Counted from the stretch's first letter, positions 46,001 through 55,240 are shown. The stretch is 64,000 bases of DNA from Candidatus Heimdallarchaeota archaeon (GCA_016840095.1 JAEOSZ010000111.1:86612-150611); one strand, 5' to 3'. Notes: generated by a model from the letters alone, not told the origin. Numbers and translations: made by a program.

Positions 46001-48038
46001 TGGGGATGGGCTGTTTGTTACAGTAACTAGTAATGCTACAATATTGATTAGTGATATAAGTTATGCTTTTCTTGGTGGTGGACAGTATAATGTCTCATTT
46101 GTAAATAATGATTATACAATGCCAGGAATAAATGTCACAATAACTATTGGAAGAACAGGATATGATTCAGCTAGCATGTTCTTTGAAATACAGATAATCT
46201 CAATTGACACAAATTCAGATTTAGTAGATATTGCAGATCAAGATATAACAATATACTTTGGAGATGGAACAGTAGTAGAGGTTTACTATTGGGATGATAT
46301 ACTTGGGGATAACGTAACAGAACCAGATATATTCTTAGCTGGAAATGTTTCAGTGACCTTTGACTTTACCTATAATTTTGCTTTTAATAAAACTACCATC
46401 ACAATTGATCCAATTTTTAGCCTTGGAACATTTTATCTGAATATTACGATTATAGAACCTGGTTATGCACCTCAGATGATTCAAATATTAATTACAACCG
46501 AAGAGAGAGTAACGGATATTTACATCAATGCAGGTAATGTAAACAATACTGAATTTGCGAGTGAAATAGTCGACGTATCATTTGATTTCAAAGATTTAAC
46601 TGGAGGTAATGTAAGCATTGACTCTGCTTTAATAGGCGCATTATTTGCCTTAGATAACAGTTCTCTTGTAATAGATGATTATTTCAACTCAATCACGAAC
46701 ACTACGTTTGGTGCTTACTATATAGTATCATTTGAAGCTGATCCATCAGTAGCTGTAGGAACAGTCTACATACTTGAAGTAACCTTTTCTAAGTACGGGT
46801 ATCAAACTCAAACGATAATCATCAGAATTACTTATCATCCTGCGAGGGATTATGATATTGTTATTGAAATTGAAGGTGATATAAGGCAGCTTGAAACTAT
46901 AGAATTCATTGTTTTAATTGATAACATCACTTTTGAAGCAATGGCAGCTGGTGCTGATGCTTACATACACCTTCAACCAACATTTACTGGTGAGACTGTT
47001 AGAATCACTTATACCTTTACTTATGCAAATGGAACTATTGTAACTTACTGGGAGGATATTGATATTGCAATAAATCCTTCAGGAGGATATATAGCCAGTC
47101 TTGAAGTCGACATCCCATGGCATGTGTTGAATATCTCTTATTATGTAAGTTATTCTCCTACAGGAAATAACCAATATGTTATTCTTTCAAAATCCACAAC
47201 CGAGGTTTTAGATATAGTTGATACTCCAACATTTATTGGTTTACTAACTTATCTTTTCAAGGAATATACACTCTACATGATTGTTGGTATTGTTGCTTTA
47301 GCTGTCATAATTATTGCAATTATAATTGTTCAATTTACAATAATTCGACCTAAGAAACAGAGAAAGAAAGAAGGAAAGAGAAAATATCTTGATAAAATCT
47401 CTAAAATCTTAACAAGTGTTCTCACTCTGAGAAAAGTAATTGTAGTACACATCGAATCAGGATTACCTGTCTATGAATGGGATCTTGGTGGTGAAATTAC
47501 AGTAGATTCTTCCCTTGTAACTGGTTTCCTTCAAGCAGTGGCTGGAATGGGAAGCGAAATAAGTGGAGGACAAACTGGAGCAGTTAAAAAGATAGATTAC
47601 GGACAATTTGTAGTTTCAAGTGCTTCAAAAGACTGTATCACAGCTTATCTCTTTAGCACTGGTGATATCTCAATGGATGTTGAAACCGGTATTGCTAACT
47701 TTGTTGAATGGTTTGAGAAAAGATTCCAATCAGTTTTACATGAATGGGGTGGAATAACAGATGAATTCACTAAAAATTCTAGACAAATAATAGATACTCT
47801 TAGTGAGGAGCTTTTTGTTTGGACACTACATCCTCTTTCTATAAATACATTAAGAGAAAAGGATGCTGCAAAACTAAGTGCTCTCGGTCAAAGAATATTC
47901 AAGTTTATTAAAGACTATAAAGAGGTTACAATTAGTGTGGCTCTCGAATATTTCAACAAAACACCAATCGAAGAAACACTATCTACCTTATTCAATATGA
48001 TTGATGAAAAATACTTATTGAGAATGACCTTCAGATAA
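43029..48038 (+). CDS. Giant single-pass surface protein (1669 aa): Ig-like ectodomain, TM, cytoplasmic longin-like domain
   Basis: Signal peptide; T/S/N/Y-rich beta repeats (K/T-GY motifs, many sequons); TM YMIVGIVALAVIIIAIIIV followed by RPKKQRKK; LRKVIVVHIESGLPVY...DSSLVTGFLQAV. Confidence 0.82.
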   Translation: MKLPYVVRKLRKFTIYSIAFYVLILVMFSPVPQIFAASSSAGNPWFCDDSNLLEREIGTEIILVDPAIKRDIRPEEAGFSYTPQTQTGDTSNQFSTTDYLEVNHNEVFNLTNFDDTGKINNSYSISSISGYTNDSLNYGITEMKSIDDYYTIEDEYDGAITFATGSVYTLAQAFDVNWDYAFYYGSELLLAYDTGALPSLEDYELSLHLVGESGGDPDMSNIISNCTSNPFSQSNQYAGLGFEFFDFTDVRLTKGTYFIVANLSKVDTDDAPKHFQWAKNDHSSDGVDNGKTVTRNLLFPGTWSVATSYDLTLINSLYPVDSNNNSIVFTDPDEINLQDNGDSVSITTEIISSLGTHELTSNTSIQISFSNTYTFAKTQSGGSVNAEFSATNASFWSYSIDWNITWNTGLVDISPYSNLVRYQIVYTPTDWHDTIFDFYYNGSSMPSTSRVSQGYQIDLGSSVSPGDWRLSTNSPNYLNDLQLLDDTTPSERFLLGYWIGGTTDSTGYVGSKIVANTLVQGDGGGTPYNETTGSLNYTLYDIDGNIIPLKSSLPANLIYTDTTSYTLSGVTQVSAGYYTPEIYFDPSASGSDLPGFWTAAVMWQNGTEVGFYSQRIVVQTQTELVLEWEEEPFGSWVTSDITRKGLDSILVRGSYYNISEPYTTGVKNIIPSATVTYTVSNASWNKNDVFNDYAPDYNASILVDTSMDVGTYTVDFLGTGAFLENNSTSFTLTVFYELDLIAEYTHYETNYTNNVIFYLNLFDVTASVNLSLSPNDMTVFIRNGTDFELFNPADYSFNYQASTEQWILDFSTSTNNLAIGSYNVEVSILLNNYRESYSDDYVSDTYTFEIKAPKTEIQEISYATSIYLYHDAVFTFNYVDTNHSIDLVTTTYSGSASVANVDVAIVEALGVYTVTVTNNNPSVSSFDIYIDISLTNYEAFTSHLLGSLTVLTIETSLTDVLVPTEVYVGYVTSIVVYFEDTTHSEAINEIGGDGLFVTVTSNATILISDISYAFLGGGQYNVSFVNNDYTMPGINVTITIGRTGYDSASMFFEIQIISIDTNSDLVDIADQDITIYFGDGTVVEVYYWDDILGDNVTEPDIFLAGNVSVTFDFTYNFAFNKTTITIDPIFSLGTFYLNITIIEPGYAPQMIQILITTEERVTDIYINAGNVNNTEFASEIVDVSFDFKDLTGGNVSIDSALIGALFALDNSSLVIDDYFNSITNTTFGAYYIVSFEADPSVAVGTVYILEVTFSKYGYQTQTIIIRITYHPARDYDIVIEIEGDIRQLETIEFIVLIDNITFEAMAAGADAYIHLQPTFTGETVRITYTFTYANGTIVTYWEDIDIAINPSGGYIASLEVDIPWHVLNISYYVSYSPTGNNQYVILSKSTTEVLDIVDTPTFIGLLTYLFKEYTLYMIVGIVALAVIIIAIIIVQFTIIRPKKQRKKEGKRKYLDKISKILTSVLTLRKVIVVHIESGLPVYEWDLGGEITVDSSLVTGFLQAVAGMGSEISGGQTGAVKKIDYGQFVVSSASKDCITAYLFSTGDISMDVETGIANFVEWFEKRFQSVLHEWGGITDEFTKNSRQIIDTLSEELFVWTLHPLSINTLREKDAAKLSALGQRIFKFIKDYKEVTISVALEYFNKTPIEETLSTLFNMIDEKYLLRMTFR

Positions 48039-48158
48039 AACTTCTCAAAACCCTTTTCTCTCTTTTTTTATTGTTTTAATCATCTAACTTCAAGTTTTAG
48101 AAAAAAGATAAATAAGGAAAACTTCAAAAATGAATTAGAAAGGGTTGATTAGACTTAA

Positions 48159-48629
48159 ATGAAAAAGAACTTCATATTTCCTGAAAATTGTTTATATTAC
48201 TCAACATTTGTATGGGTAGAAGATAGAGGTAGAGGAATCTTTCGAATAGGTTTGACTGATTACGGTCAGCATGTTCTAGATGATATTATATCAATAACCC
48301 TACCAGAGAAAGGAATTTACGTAGAAAAAGATGAGGAAATTATATCGATAGATTCAATTGAAGATACATTCACCATTCATTCACCTATTGCTGGAACCAT
48401 AGATGAATTAAACATGGAAGTTAGACAAGGGCCTGAATTATTAAATGAAAGTCCATATGAAGATGGTTGGATTCTAGAAATTGAGATTGGTTCTGAAGAT
48501 GATTTAGATAGTCTTTTGGATTATAATGATGTTTTAGATAATTTTCATGAAGAATATGAAGATGAAGACTTCGATGAAGATGATGAGGAAGAAGATAGTA
48601 TCAGTGAAGAAGACGAGTTCAATTACTAA
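48159..48629 (+). CDS. Glycine cleavage H-like protein lacking the lipoyl lysine, acidic C-terminal tail
   Basis: RIGLTDYGQ..L.DI, SPIAGTI.E.N, PELLNESPYEDGWI; DSIED where ESVK is expected. Confidence 0.82.
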   Translation: MKKNFIFPENCLYYSTFVWVEDRGRGIFRIGLTDYGQHVLDDIISITLPEKGIYVEKDEEIISIDSIEDTFTIHSPIAGTIDELNMEVRQGPELLNESPYEDGWILEIEIGSEDDLDSLLDYNDVLDNFHEEYEDEDFDEDDEEEDSISEEDEFNY

Positions 48630-48799
48630 CTCATTACTGTTATTCCTCGAAAGTTTTAAATAAATTCTAGTTTAAGTAGTACAAAACCTATATGGGGCGT
48701 AACGTAACTTGGAATTTCATTAACACCTTCTGAACCCCAACTTATAACTAAGTTAGTAGTAACTATTTTTTTAAACTATGTTGTTAGGAGAAGTGAACA

Positions 48800-50296
48800 A
48801 TGAGTAATTTAGAGAAGAAAATATCTTTGCCTTCTGAAGCTATAAAAATCTATAAGATGATTGATGAGAATAGCAAAATATCAATTAAAGAGCTAGAGAA
48901 ACAAACAAAATTAGATAGAGGAAAGTTGGAACATTTCCTTGGATTGCTTGTAAGTAATGAGTTGATCTCTCGTTTGGATATTGTGAGTCATCAAGTATTT
49001 CTTACTAATAATGGCAAAGAAGCTGCAGAAAAACAATTAGTAGAACGACGAATAGCTAAGATTCTAAAGGAGAAAGAAAGCGTTTCCTTCGATGATCTTT
49101 CTAAAGCGTTGAAGACAGATAATAGGGAACTGAATGCTGGAATTGGTCTTCTTAAGAAACAAGGATTAATTGAGATAAACAAAGGACAAATCAGTCTATT
49201 AGATAAAAAGAAAGAGGTAAATAAAGAACTTCAATTAATTTTGGAGAAACTCCTTTCAGGTGAAATTGTAGATACAAGTGAATTCAATGAACTTCTATTT
49301 CAAAGGAATCTAGCCTCTTTGGAGGAAGTTAAGGAAATACGTTTAGAAGTTTTAATTCCTTACAAAGAAATCTCAACTTTGATTCAAAAAGTGAGTGATG
49401 TAAGTCGATTAACTCCAGAAATGATTAGAGATGGTTCATGGAGAAATACAACATTACGTTCGTATAATCTAAAAGCCTCCCCTCCATCATTCTATGCGGG
49501 AAGAAAACAGCCATATGCTGCTTTTCTAGATAATGTAAAGCAGAAGTTATGTGCTCTGGGCTTTAAAGAAATGAGGGGTCCAGCTGTTGAATTAGAGTTT
49601 TGGAATTTTGATGCTCTGTTTCAAGCTCAGAATCATTCTGCTCGAGAATGGTCAGATGTATACTCTGTTTCAGAACCTAAACATGGTAAGTTACCTAAAG
49701 CAGATTATGTAGATAATGTGAAAAAAGCACATGAAGATGGTTTTAACACTGGCAGCAAAGGATGGAGATATAAGTGGAATCCAATGAAAAGTGCTCGATT
49801 AGTTTTGAGAGCACATGGAACATCTGTTAGTGCAAGAACCTTGGTTGATTTGGAAGTGCCTTCAAAGTACTTTTCAATATCTCGCTGTTATCGACCCGAT
49901 ACAGTTGATGCAACACATCTCTCTGAATTTACTCAAGTAGAAGGAATTGTAGTTGATCCTTCTATTACATTTAGAGATTTATTGGGTATTCTAAAAGCAT
50001 TTGCAGTAGATATTGCACAGAATGAGAATTTCAAGTTCAAACCAGATTATTATCCCTTTACGGAACCATCAGTTGAACTTGATGTCCTTGATCCAAATCT
50101 AGGTTGGATTGAATTCGGTGGAGCTGGTATCTTCAGACCAGAAGTAACTAAACCTTTTGGAATTGAAGAACCTGTAATAGCTTGGGGATTAGGAATTGAA
50201 AGATTGTTCATGGTAAAACATGGAATAGCTGATATACGAGAACTATTCAATCACAAGTTTTCATGGCTGAGATCAGCAGATATGTCAAGAGGTTAA
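48800..50296 (+). CDS. pheS: Phenylalanyl-tRNA synthetase alpha subunit (archaeal/eukaryotic type)
   Basis: FWNFDALFQ.Q.H.ARE, LRAHGT, RCYRPD..DATH..EF.QVEG, YPFTEPS, GAGIFRPE, AWGLGIERL. Confidence 0.97.
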   Translation: MSNLEKKISLPSEAIKIYKMIDENSKISIKELEKQTKLDRGKLEHFLGLLVSNELISRLDIVSHQVFLTNNGKEAAEKQLVERRIAKILKEKESVSFDDLSKALKTDNRELNAGIGLLKKQGLIEINKGQISLLDKKKEVNKELQLILEKLLSGEIVDTSEFNELLFQRNLASLEEVKEIRLEVLIPYKEISTLIQKVSDVSRLTPEMIRDGSWRNTTLRSYNLKASPPSFYAGRKQPYAAFLDNVKQKLCALGFKEMRGPAVELEFWNFDALFQAQNHSAREWSDVYSVSEPKHGKLPKADYVDNVKKAHEDGFNTGSKGWRYKWNPMKSARLVLRAHGTSVSARTLVDLEVPSKYFSISRCYRPDTVDATHLSEFTQVEGIVVDPSITFRDLLGILKAFAVDIAQNENFKFKPDYYPFTEPSVELDVLDPNLGWIEFGGAGIFRPEVTKPFGIEEPVIAWGLGIERLFMVKHGIADIRELFNHKFSWLRSADMSRG

Positions 50297-50300
50297 ACAA

Positions 50301-51995
50301 ATGGTATCAATAAAAGCAAGTTATACTAAATTTCAAGAACTGTTAGGAAAACAAGTAACATTAGAAGAATTGGAAGACTTACTTTCTTTTGCAAAATCTG
50401 AAATTGATCAATACGTCGAAGAAGAGGATATGCTTGTCATCGACATTAAAACTAGTAATAGACCTGATCTTTGGTGTACTGAAGGGATGGTTAGAGAGCT
50501 AAAAGGAATACTTGGTGAAGAGAAAGGCATTCCTTCATATGATGTAAAAGAAAGTGATTATGTAGTAGAAGTTGATCCAAAACTTGCAAAAACAAGACCT
50601 TTCATAGCTTGTGCTCTAGCAAAAAACATATCGCTTAATGATTTCTACATTAAACAAATTATGCAGCTTTCTGAAAAGATAGATTATTCTTATGGAAGAC
50701 GAAGAAAGAGGTCTTCAATTGGGTTCTATAATCTCTCTATGATTAAGAGTCCCATTGAATACAAGGTAATAGATGAAAGTCATGAGTTTATTCCCCTTGA
50801 ACACACAGAAAAAATGACTTTGGATAGAATTCTAGATGAACATGAAAAAGGACAAGAATTTGGAAATATTGTCAAAGGGTATGGTCATTATCCTATACTC
50901 CTTTCAGCAGATGGTATGACTTTGTCGCTACCTCCAGTTATCAATAGTAATGATGTGGGGAAAATTACTGAAGAAACTACAGAAAGTCTAATTGAAGTAA
51001 CAGGAACCAATTTTGAAACAGTCAATGTTGTTTTGAATATTTTATGTCAAGTTATGGCTGACCATGGTGCTGAAATATATAGTGTAAAAATCAAATATCC
51101 CTCTGAAATCTATAGTGAAGAGATCGTAACACCTCTCTTTGACAAAGAAGAAATTAAAATTAATCTGGATGAAGTCAATAAATATCTAGGGACTGAAATG
51201 AAACCAAAAGAAGCAGCTAAACTTGTGGAGAAAAGAAGATTCAATTGCAGTTCGATAGAAGGAAAAGTATTGACTATCGAAATTCCTTCTTATAGAAAGG
51301 ACATACTTCACTGGGTAGATATTTCAGAAGAGTTAGCTATAGCTCTTGACTACAACAAAATCGGTCCTACCAAATGGAAGGTTCTCACAACTGGAGGACT
51401 TCTTCCTGAAACTGAGAGCGAAAATCTTGTTCGTAGTATTCTTGTGGGAGCTGGAGGAGTTGAAGTTCTAACCAATTCTCTTACTGATCCTGAAATTCTG
51501 ACATCTCGAGTTAATATTGACAAAAAGGATTTTGTTAAAATTGAGAATCCCGTTTCGTCTACTTATAGTGTGATGCGAAACTTACTTTATCCACTGCTGA
51601 TCAATGTTCTTTCTAAGAATACACATGAAGCTTATCCTCAAATGATTTTTGAGGTTGGAGAGGTTGTGATGATATCTGGTGAGAATGTTTTGACACAAAG
51701 CAATGCAGCATTTGTTATTGCTGATGCAGATGCCAGCTTTGAAGACGCTCATAAGAGATTAAATAATCTCCTGTCTTTACTCTCTGCAGATTACGAGATA
51801 AAGCAGTACAATCACCCTTCCTTTACAGAAGGAAGGTGTGGTCAGGTAATAATTAACAAGAAAGAATGTGGAATTATAGGAGAAATTAACCCAAGTATTC
51901 TGGAAAATAATCAGATTTGGGTTCCAGTTGTAGGATTTGAGATAGAATTACCACTTATCCCAAATTTAAAATGCAAAGTAAAAAGTACTTTTTAA
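50301..51995 (+). CDS. pheT: Phenylalanyl-tRNA synthetase beta subunit
   Basis: NRPDLW, RPFIA, LPPVINS, YRKDILH.VDI.EE, NP.S..YS.MR, IFEVGEV, GEINP. Confidence 0.96.
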   Translation: MVSIKASYTKFQELLGKQVTLEELEDLLSFAKSEIDQYVEEEDMLVIDIKTSNRPDLWCTEGMVRELKGILGEEKGIPSYDVKESDYVVEVDPKLAKTRPFIACALAKNISLNDFYIKQIMQLSEKIDYSYGRRRKRSSIGFYNLSMIKSPIEYKVIDESHEFIPLEHTEKMTLDRILDEHEKGQEFGNIVKGYGHYPILLSADGMTLSLPPVINSNDVGKITEETTESLIEVTGTNFETVNVVLNILCQVMADHGAEIYSVKIKYPSEIYSEEIVTPLFDKEEIKINLDEVNKYLGTEMKPKEAAKLVEKRRFNCSSIEGKVLTIEIPSYRKDILHWVDISEELAIALDYNKIGPTKWKVLTTGGLLPETESENLVRSILVGAGGVEVLTNSLTDPEILTSRVNIDKKDFVKIENPVSSTYSVMRNLLYPLLINVLSKNTHEAYPQMIFEVGEVVMISGENVLTQSNAAFVIADADASFEDAHKRLNNLLSLLSADYEIKQYNHPSFTEGRCGQVIINKKECGIIGEINPSILENNQIWVPVVGFEIELPLIPNLKCKVKSTF

Positions 51996-52012
51996 AGCGA
52001 CTTTTTACTATT

Positions 52013-52933
52013 TCATTTATTTTCAAGGTCTAGTATTCTTTTCCAAACTATATCCAACATTTGTTCAGTAGCAATTTTATTGTCAGAAGTTTCAATAGTT
52101 GGTATATTTAGTTTAGTTGCTTCTTCCATTAAGTAGGTTTGAATGTTCCTAATCTCTTGAAAAGAATCCAGATATCTATCTGCTTCTCTTTTTTGAACTT
52201 TTGTCCCTCTAAATTGAATTCTTCTAAGATGTTCTTCTTCATCTTCAAGGTAAAACATAATCATAACAATATGTGGTTCTTCCAAAATTAAACGACTAAG
52301 AATGTTTGGAGCTAAATGAACTCCTTCTATGATAGTGTTCTCTCTAGAGAATAAAGCAGATTGAATGGTTGCTTCTACTCCAACGATCACATACCTACAT
52401 TGTTCCTCATAACCAATAATTGATTTTCTTAAAATTGGGTTAATTGTGGGTTTGAGATACCTATGAGCCTCATAACTGCTACCATGTAATTCAGGAATTA
52501 ACTTAGAGGAGATTGTTTGTCTAAGAATTTCCCTTACCATATCTGTACCTATAATATTGGTTATCTCAAGTCTTTTAGATAAGTCTACAGCTAATGTGCT
52601 TTTCCCTACTCCTGGAACTCCAGCTAATAAAACAATAATAGGTTTATACTTCTGTTCTCCTTCAAATATAACATATCTTTGCGCCAAGCGTTTGTCTATC
52701 TTTTCAATTTCTGCAGTTATGATTTTGATTAGATTGTCTTTAGAAAGTATTTTTGATGCAGAACTTATTTCATCTTCAACCTTATTAGCAACTTCTAAAG
52801 CTAGATTGGCATCAATTCCAATAGAATATAAAGAGGAAGAAAGTATTCCTTTAGAAAAATACTCAAATTCATCTTTCTTTTTTCGAATTTTAAGAAAACC
52901 ATCGGAATTATCAATAGTCATTAAAGATATCAA
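52013..52933 (-). CDS. 2-phosphoglycerate kinase-like protein (ATP-cone + P-loop), paralog 1
   Basis: FSKGILSSSL, LLAGVPGVGKST, IGTDMVREILR, LH.SSY.A, IIEGVHL.P, F.EIR.IQ.YL. Confidence 0.85.
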   Translation of the reverse strand: MISLMTIDNSDGFLKIRKKKDEFEYFSKGILSSSLYSIGIDANLALEVANKVEDEISSASKILSKDNLIKIITAEIEKIDKRLAQRYVIFEGEQKYKPIIVLLAGVPGVGKSTLAVDLSKRLEITNIIGTDMVREILRQTISSKLIPELHGSSYEAHRYLKPTINPILRKSIIGYEEQCRYVIVGVEATIQSALFSRENTIIEGVHLAPNILSRLILEEPHIVMIMFYLEDEEEHLRRIQFRGTKVQKREADRYLDSFQEIRNIQTYLMEEATKLNIPTIETSDNKIATEQMLDIVWKRILDLENK

Positions 52934-53009
52934 TACTTTTCTAATCTAAAAAGTTAACTTTTTAACAGCGTAGCTATATTTCTCATTAGTAATGAGATGT
53001 GATTGATAA

Positions 53010-53903
53010 ATGGAAAAGGATTTTCAAGTCTATATACAAGGAAAGACTAAACAACTATTTTCCAGAGGGATATTAGCTCAGAAACTTGAAATGATAGGTT
53101 TTTCTCTTTCAAAAGGTTATGAGTTTTCTATGCATATTTATGATGATCTTATTAAGTTAAAACAAGAAATCATCTCGAAGGAAGACTTAGACAATATTAT
53201 TGCTTCACATCTTTCTGATCAATTTAATCAAAACTTAAGTGAAAAATATCTAATGATAGAGCGTTGGAGAGAATCTAATATTCCTCTCTGGATTCTCATA
53301 TCTGGTGCAATTGGAGCAGGTAAAAGCACTTTGTCTAGACAAATTGCAGGAGATTTAGGTATCCAGCATGTAATAGGAACTCATTTTGTTAGAGATGTTC
53401 TAAGAAAGGTTCTCTCAGCTGATATTATGCCAGAATTACATTCGACTTCTTATAAAGCATTTCAAACTTTAAAACCAATTTATAGTAGTCGTTTTGATCA
53501 AATTATTTTGGGTTTTGAAAATCATGCAAAATATGTTAATATTGGAGTAGATGCGATTTTAGTAAGAGCAGAAAAAGAATCGGTTTCAGTTATAGTAGAA
53601 GGGATTCATCTTTTACCAGTTTTTTTTGATGATATTCTTAAAAAGAATCCTAATGTTTTGTATATAACAATCGCCGTTCCTGATTCTGAAATGCACAAAG
53701 AGAATCTAAGTTTACAATATACTCAAGAGAAAGAAGAATTGCTTTCTAATTTTGATAATATAAGAAAAATTCATGATCATCTAGTTAATGAAACTAAAAT
53801 AAGAAATTTACCGACAATTGAAACAGTCAAGGGGACAGATACTATTTGGAAGTTAAGAGAATTGGTAGTAGATAAAATTGTTTCACTAGTTTCATCGCAA
53901 TAG
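53010..53903 (+). CDS. 2-phosphoglycerate kinase-like protein, paralog 2
   Basis: FSRGILA, LISGAIGAGKST, IGTHFVRDVLR, LHSTSYKA, IVEGIHL.P. Confidence 0.82.
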   Translation: MEKDFQVYIQGKTKQLFSRGILAQKLEMIGFSLSKGYEFSMHIYDDLIKLKQEIISKEDLDNIIASHLSDQFNQNLSEKYLMIERWRESNIPLWILISGAIGAGKSTLSRQIAGDLGIQHVIGTHFVRDVLRKVLSADIMPELHSTSYKAFQTLKPIYSSRFDQIILGFENHAKYVNIGVDAILVRAEKESVSVIVEGIHLLPVFFDDILKKNPNVLYITIAVPDSEMHKENLSLQYTQEKEELLSNFDNIRKIHDHLVNETKIRNLPTIETVKGTDTIWKLRELVVDKIVSLVSSQ

Positions 53904-53937
53904 GAATTCTTTAAAATTCACAAAATAATACTTGTTA

Positions 53938-53992
53938 GCCAATGATGTAGTTGCAACGACCTGATTATTGATGATCGACTTTTGGCTGAGGC
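53938..53992 (+). ncRNA. Box C/D guide sRNA
   Basis: GCC-A-[C: ATGATGT]-AGTTGCAACGAC-[D': CTGA]-TTA-[C': TTGATGA]-TCGACTTTTGG-[D: CTGA]-GGC; terminal GCC/GGC stem; 11-12 nt guides. Confidence 0.82.
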
Positions 53993-53998
53993 ACTATA

Positions 53999-54283
53999 GT
54001 GATTGAAATGTCAGAAAGTACGTGTTATATTCACACAAGGTATATAGCGGAAAATGAATGCCACAGATGTAAGCTTCCTATCTGTGAAAATTGTTCAAAA
54101 AAATACTGGCAGACAAATGCTCTAACAGCAATGTTTCAATCTCAAAAAAACCAACAAGAAGAGATTGTTTTATGTCCTGGTTGTTTAAGGATTACAAGAA
54201 TACGTAATGGATTTTTCTCTGGTTTTTTATTAATTTTAGTTTTAGGTATGATTGTAGCTGGAATTGTAATTGGAGTTCGATAG
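53999..54283 (+). CDS. B-box-like zinc-finger protein with C-terminal TM helix
   Basis: CYIH...CHRCKLPICENC...CPGC; hydrophobic C-terminus. Confidence 0.7.
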   Translation: MIEMSESTCYIHTRYIAENECHRCKLPICENCSKKYWQTNALTAMFQSQKNQQEEIVLCPGCLRITRIRNGFFSGFLLILVLGMIVAGIVIGVR

Positions 54284-54316
54284 AGATACAATCATCTTAA
54301 TTCTTATTGAATTAGT

Positions 54317-55240
54317 TTATTCTTCACTATCTTCTACAATATTCTCTTGGTTGTTATCTTCTGCTTCTATGTCAGAATCATCAACTGAATACTCAGCATC
54401 AATTTCTTCGATTTCTTTAACCAAATCAGTATCACAAATAGGACACTCAGTTAAGTTGCTTGAAATAATAGACCCACAAGAAAAACATGTTATTGGAAAA
54501 ACGTCTTCCTTTTCCCAATCGAATGTGTAAGGTTTCTTTCCCCAGGATCTGGCTCTCCACTTTGCCATATCAACTTCTCCTTCTTCATCAACAAATTCTC
54601 TCAAATCAAGAGATGCAGTAGAGATGTATTTCCTTCTTATCATTCTCTGGAATAAGAAAATGAACAAAGGGAAGAAAAGGATATGAGTAATTAAAATAGA
54701 AAGAAACACAACAGATAAGGAAGTTTCACTTAAGCTTTTTACAACAGGAAGAGTAAATGACGCTATTAGAGAACTAACTGCAAAAGTAATAAATTCTAAT
54801 ACAAGAAATATTAAAATTGAAAAACTAGCTAAGATTGAAATGTCTCTAATTATTGTTTTTATGATTAGTCCTTTTTGCTTATCTTTGAAATCAATCTTCA
54901 TATACTCTAGATAGCTTCTAAATGCTCCAATGTTAGTTCTTGTAATTAATAGTGAAAGAAAGATTGTGATTGCTAGAGAAACTAAAAATATTATTATGCT
55001 AATCCACCAATTATACACCAGATATCCCAAAGCTCGAACTAACCAGCTTTTGTATCCTAGTAAATTAACATCCATGTTTCTTAATAATGGATAGAGCTTC
55101 CCTAAAATTGTGAAAACAAAGAGGAGAAAATAAGTAAAAATAAAGTTGATTGTTATCAAATTCCCTAATTCTTCATTTTTCTTTGAAAGAGCTTTTTGTT
55201 GCTTTTCCCAAGGGAAGACTGCCTCTATTATGGGTTGCAT
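54317..55240 (-). CDS. Multi-pass membrane protein with C-terminal zinc ribbon and acidic tail
   Basis: About four TM segments; CFSCG...CPIC. Confidence 0.7.
   Translation of the reverse strand: MQPIIEAVFPWEKQQKALSKKNEELGNLITINFIFTYFLLFVFTILGKLYPLLRNMDVNLLGYKSWLVRALGYLVYNWWISIIIFLVSLAITIFLSLLITRTNIGAFRSYLEYMKIDFKDKQKGLIIKTIIRDISILASFSILIFLVLEFITFAVSSLIASFTLPVVKSLSETSLSVVFLSILITHILFFPLFIFLFQRMIRRKYISTASLDLREFVDEEGEVDMAKWRARSWGKKPYTFDWEKEDVFPITCFSCGSIISSNLTECPICDTDLVKEIEEIDAEYSVDDSDIEAEDNNQENIVEDSEE

Noticed and set aside
48159-48629. Functional gcvH
   Set aside because: The lipoyl-lysine position is Glu, so the gene symbol is withheld.
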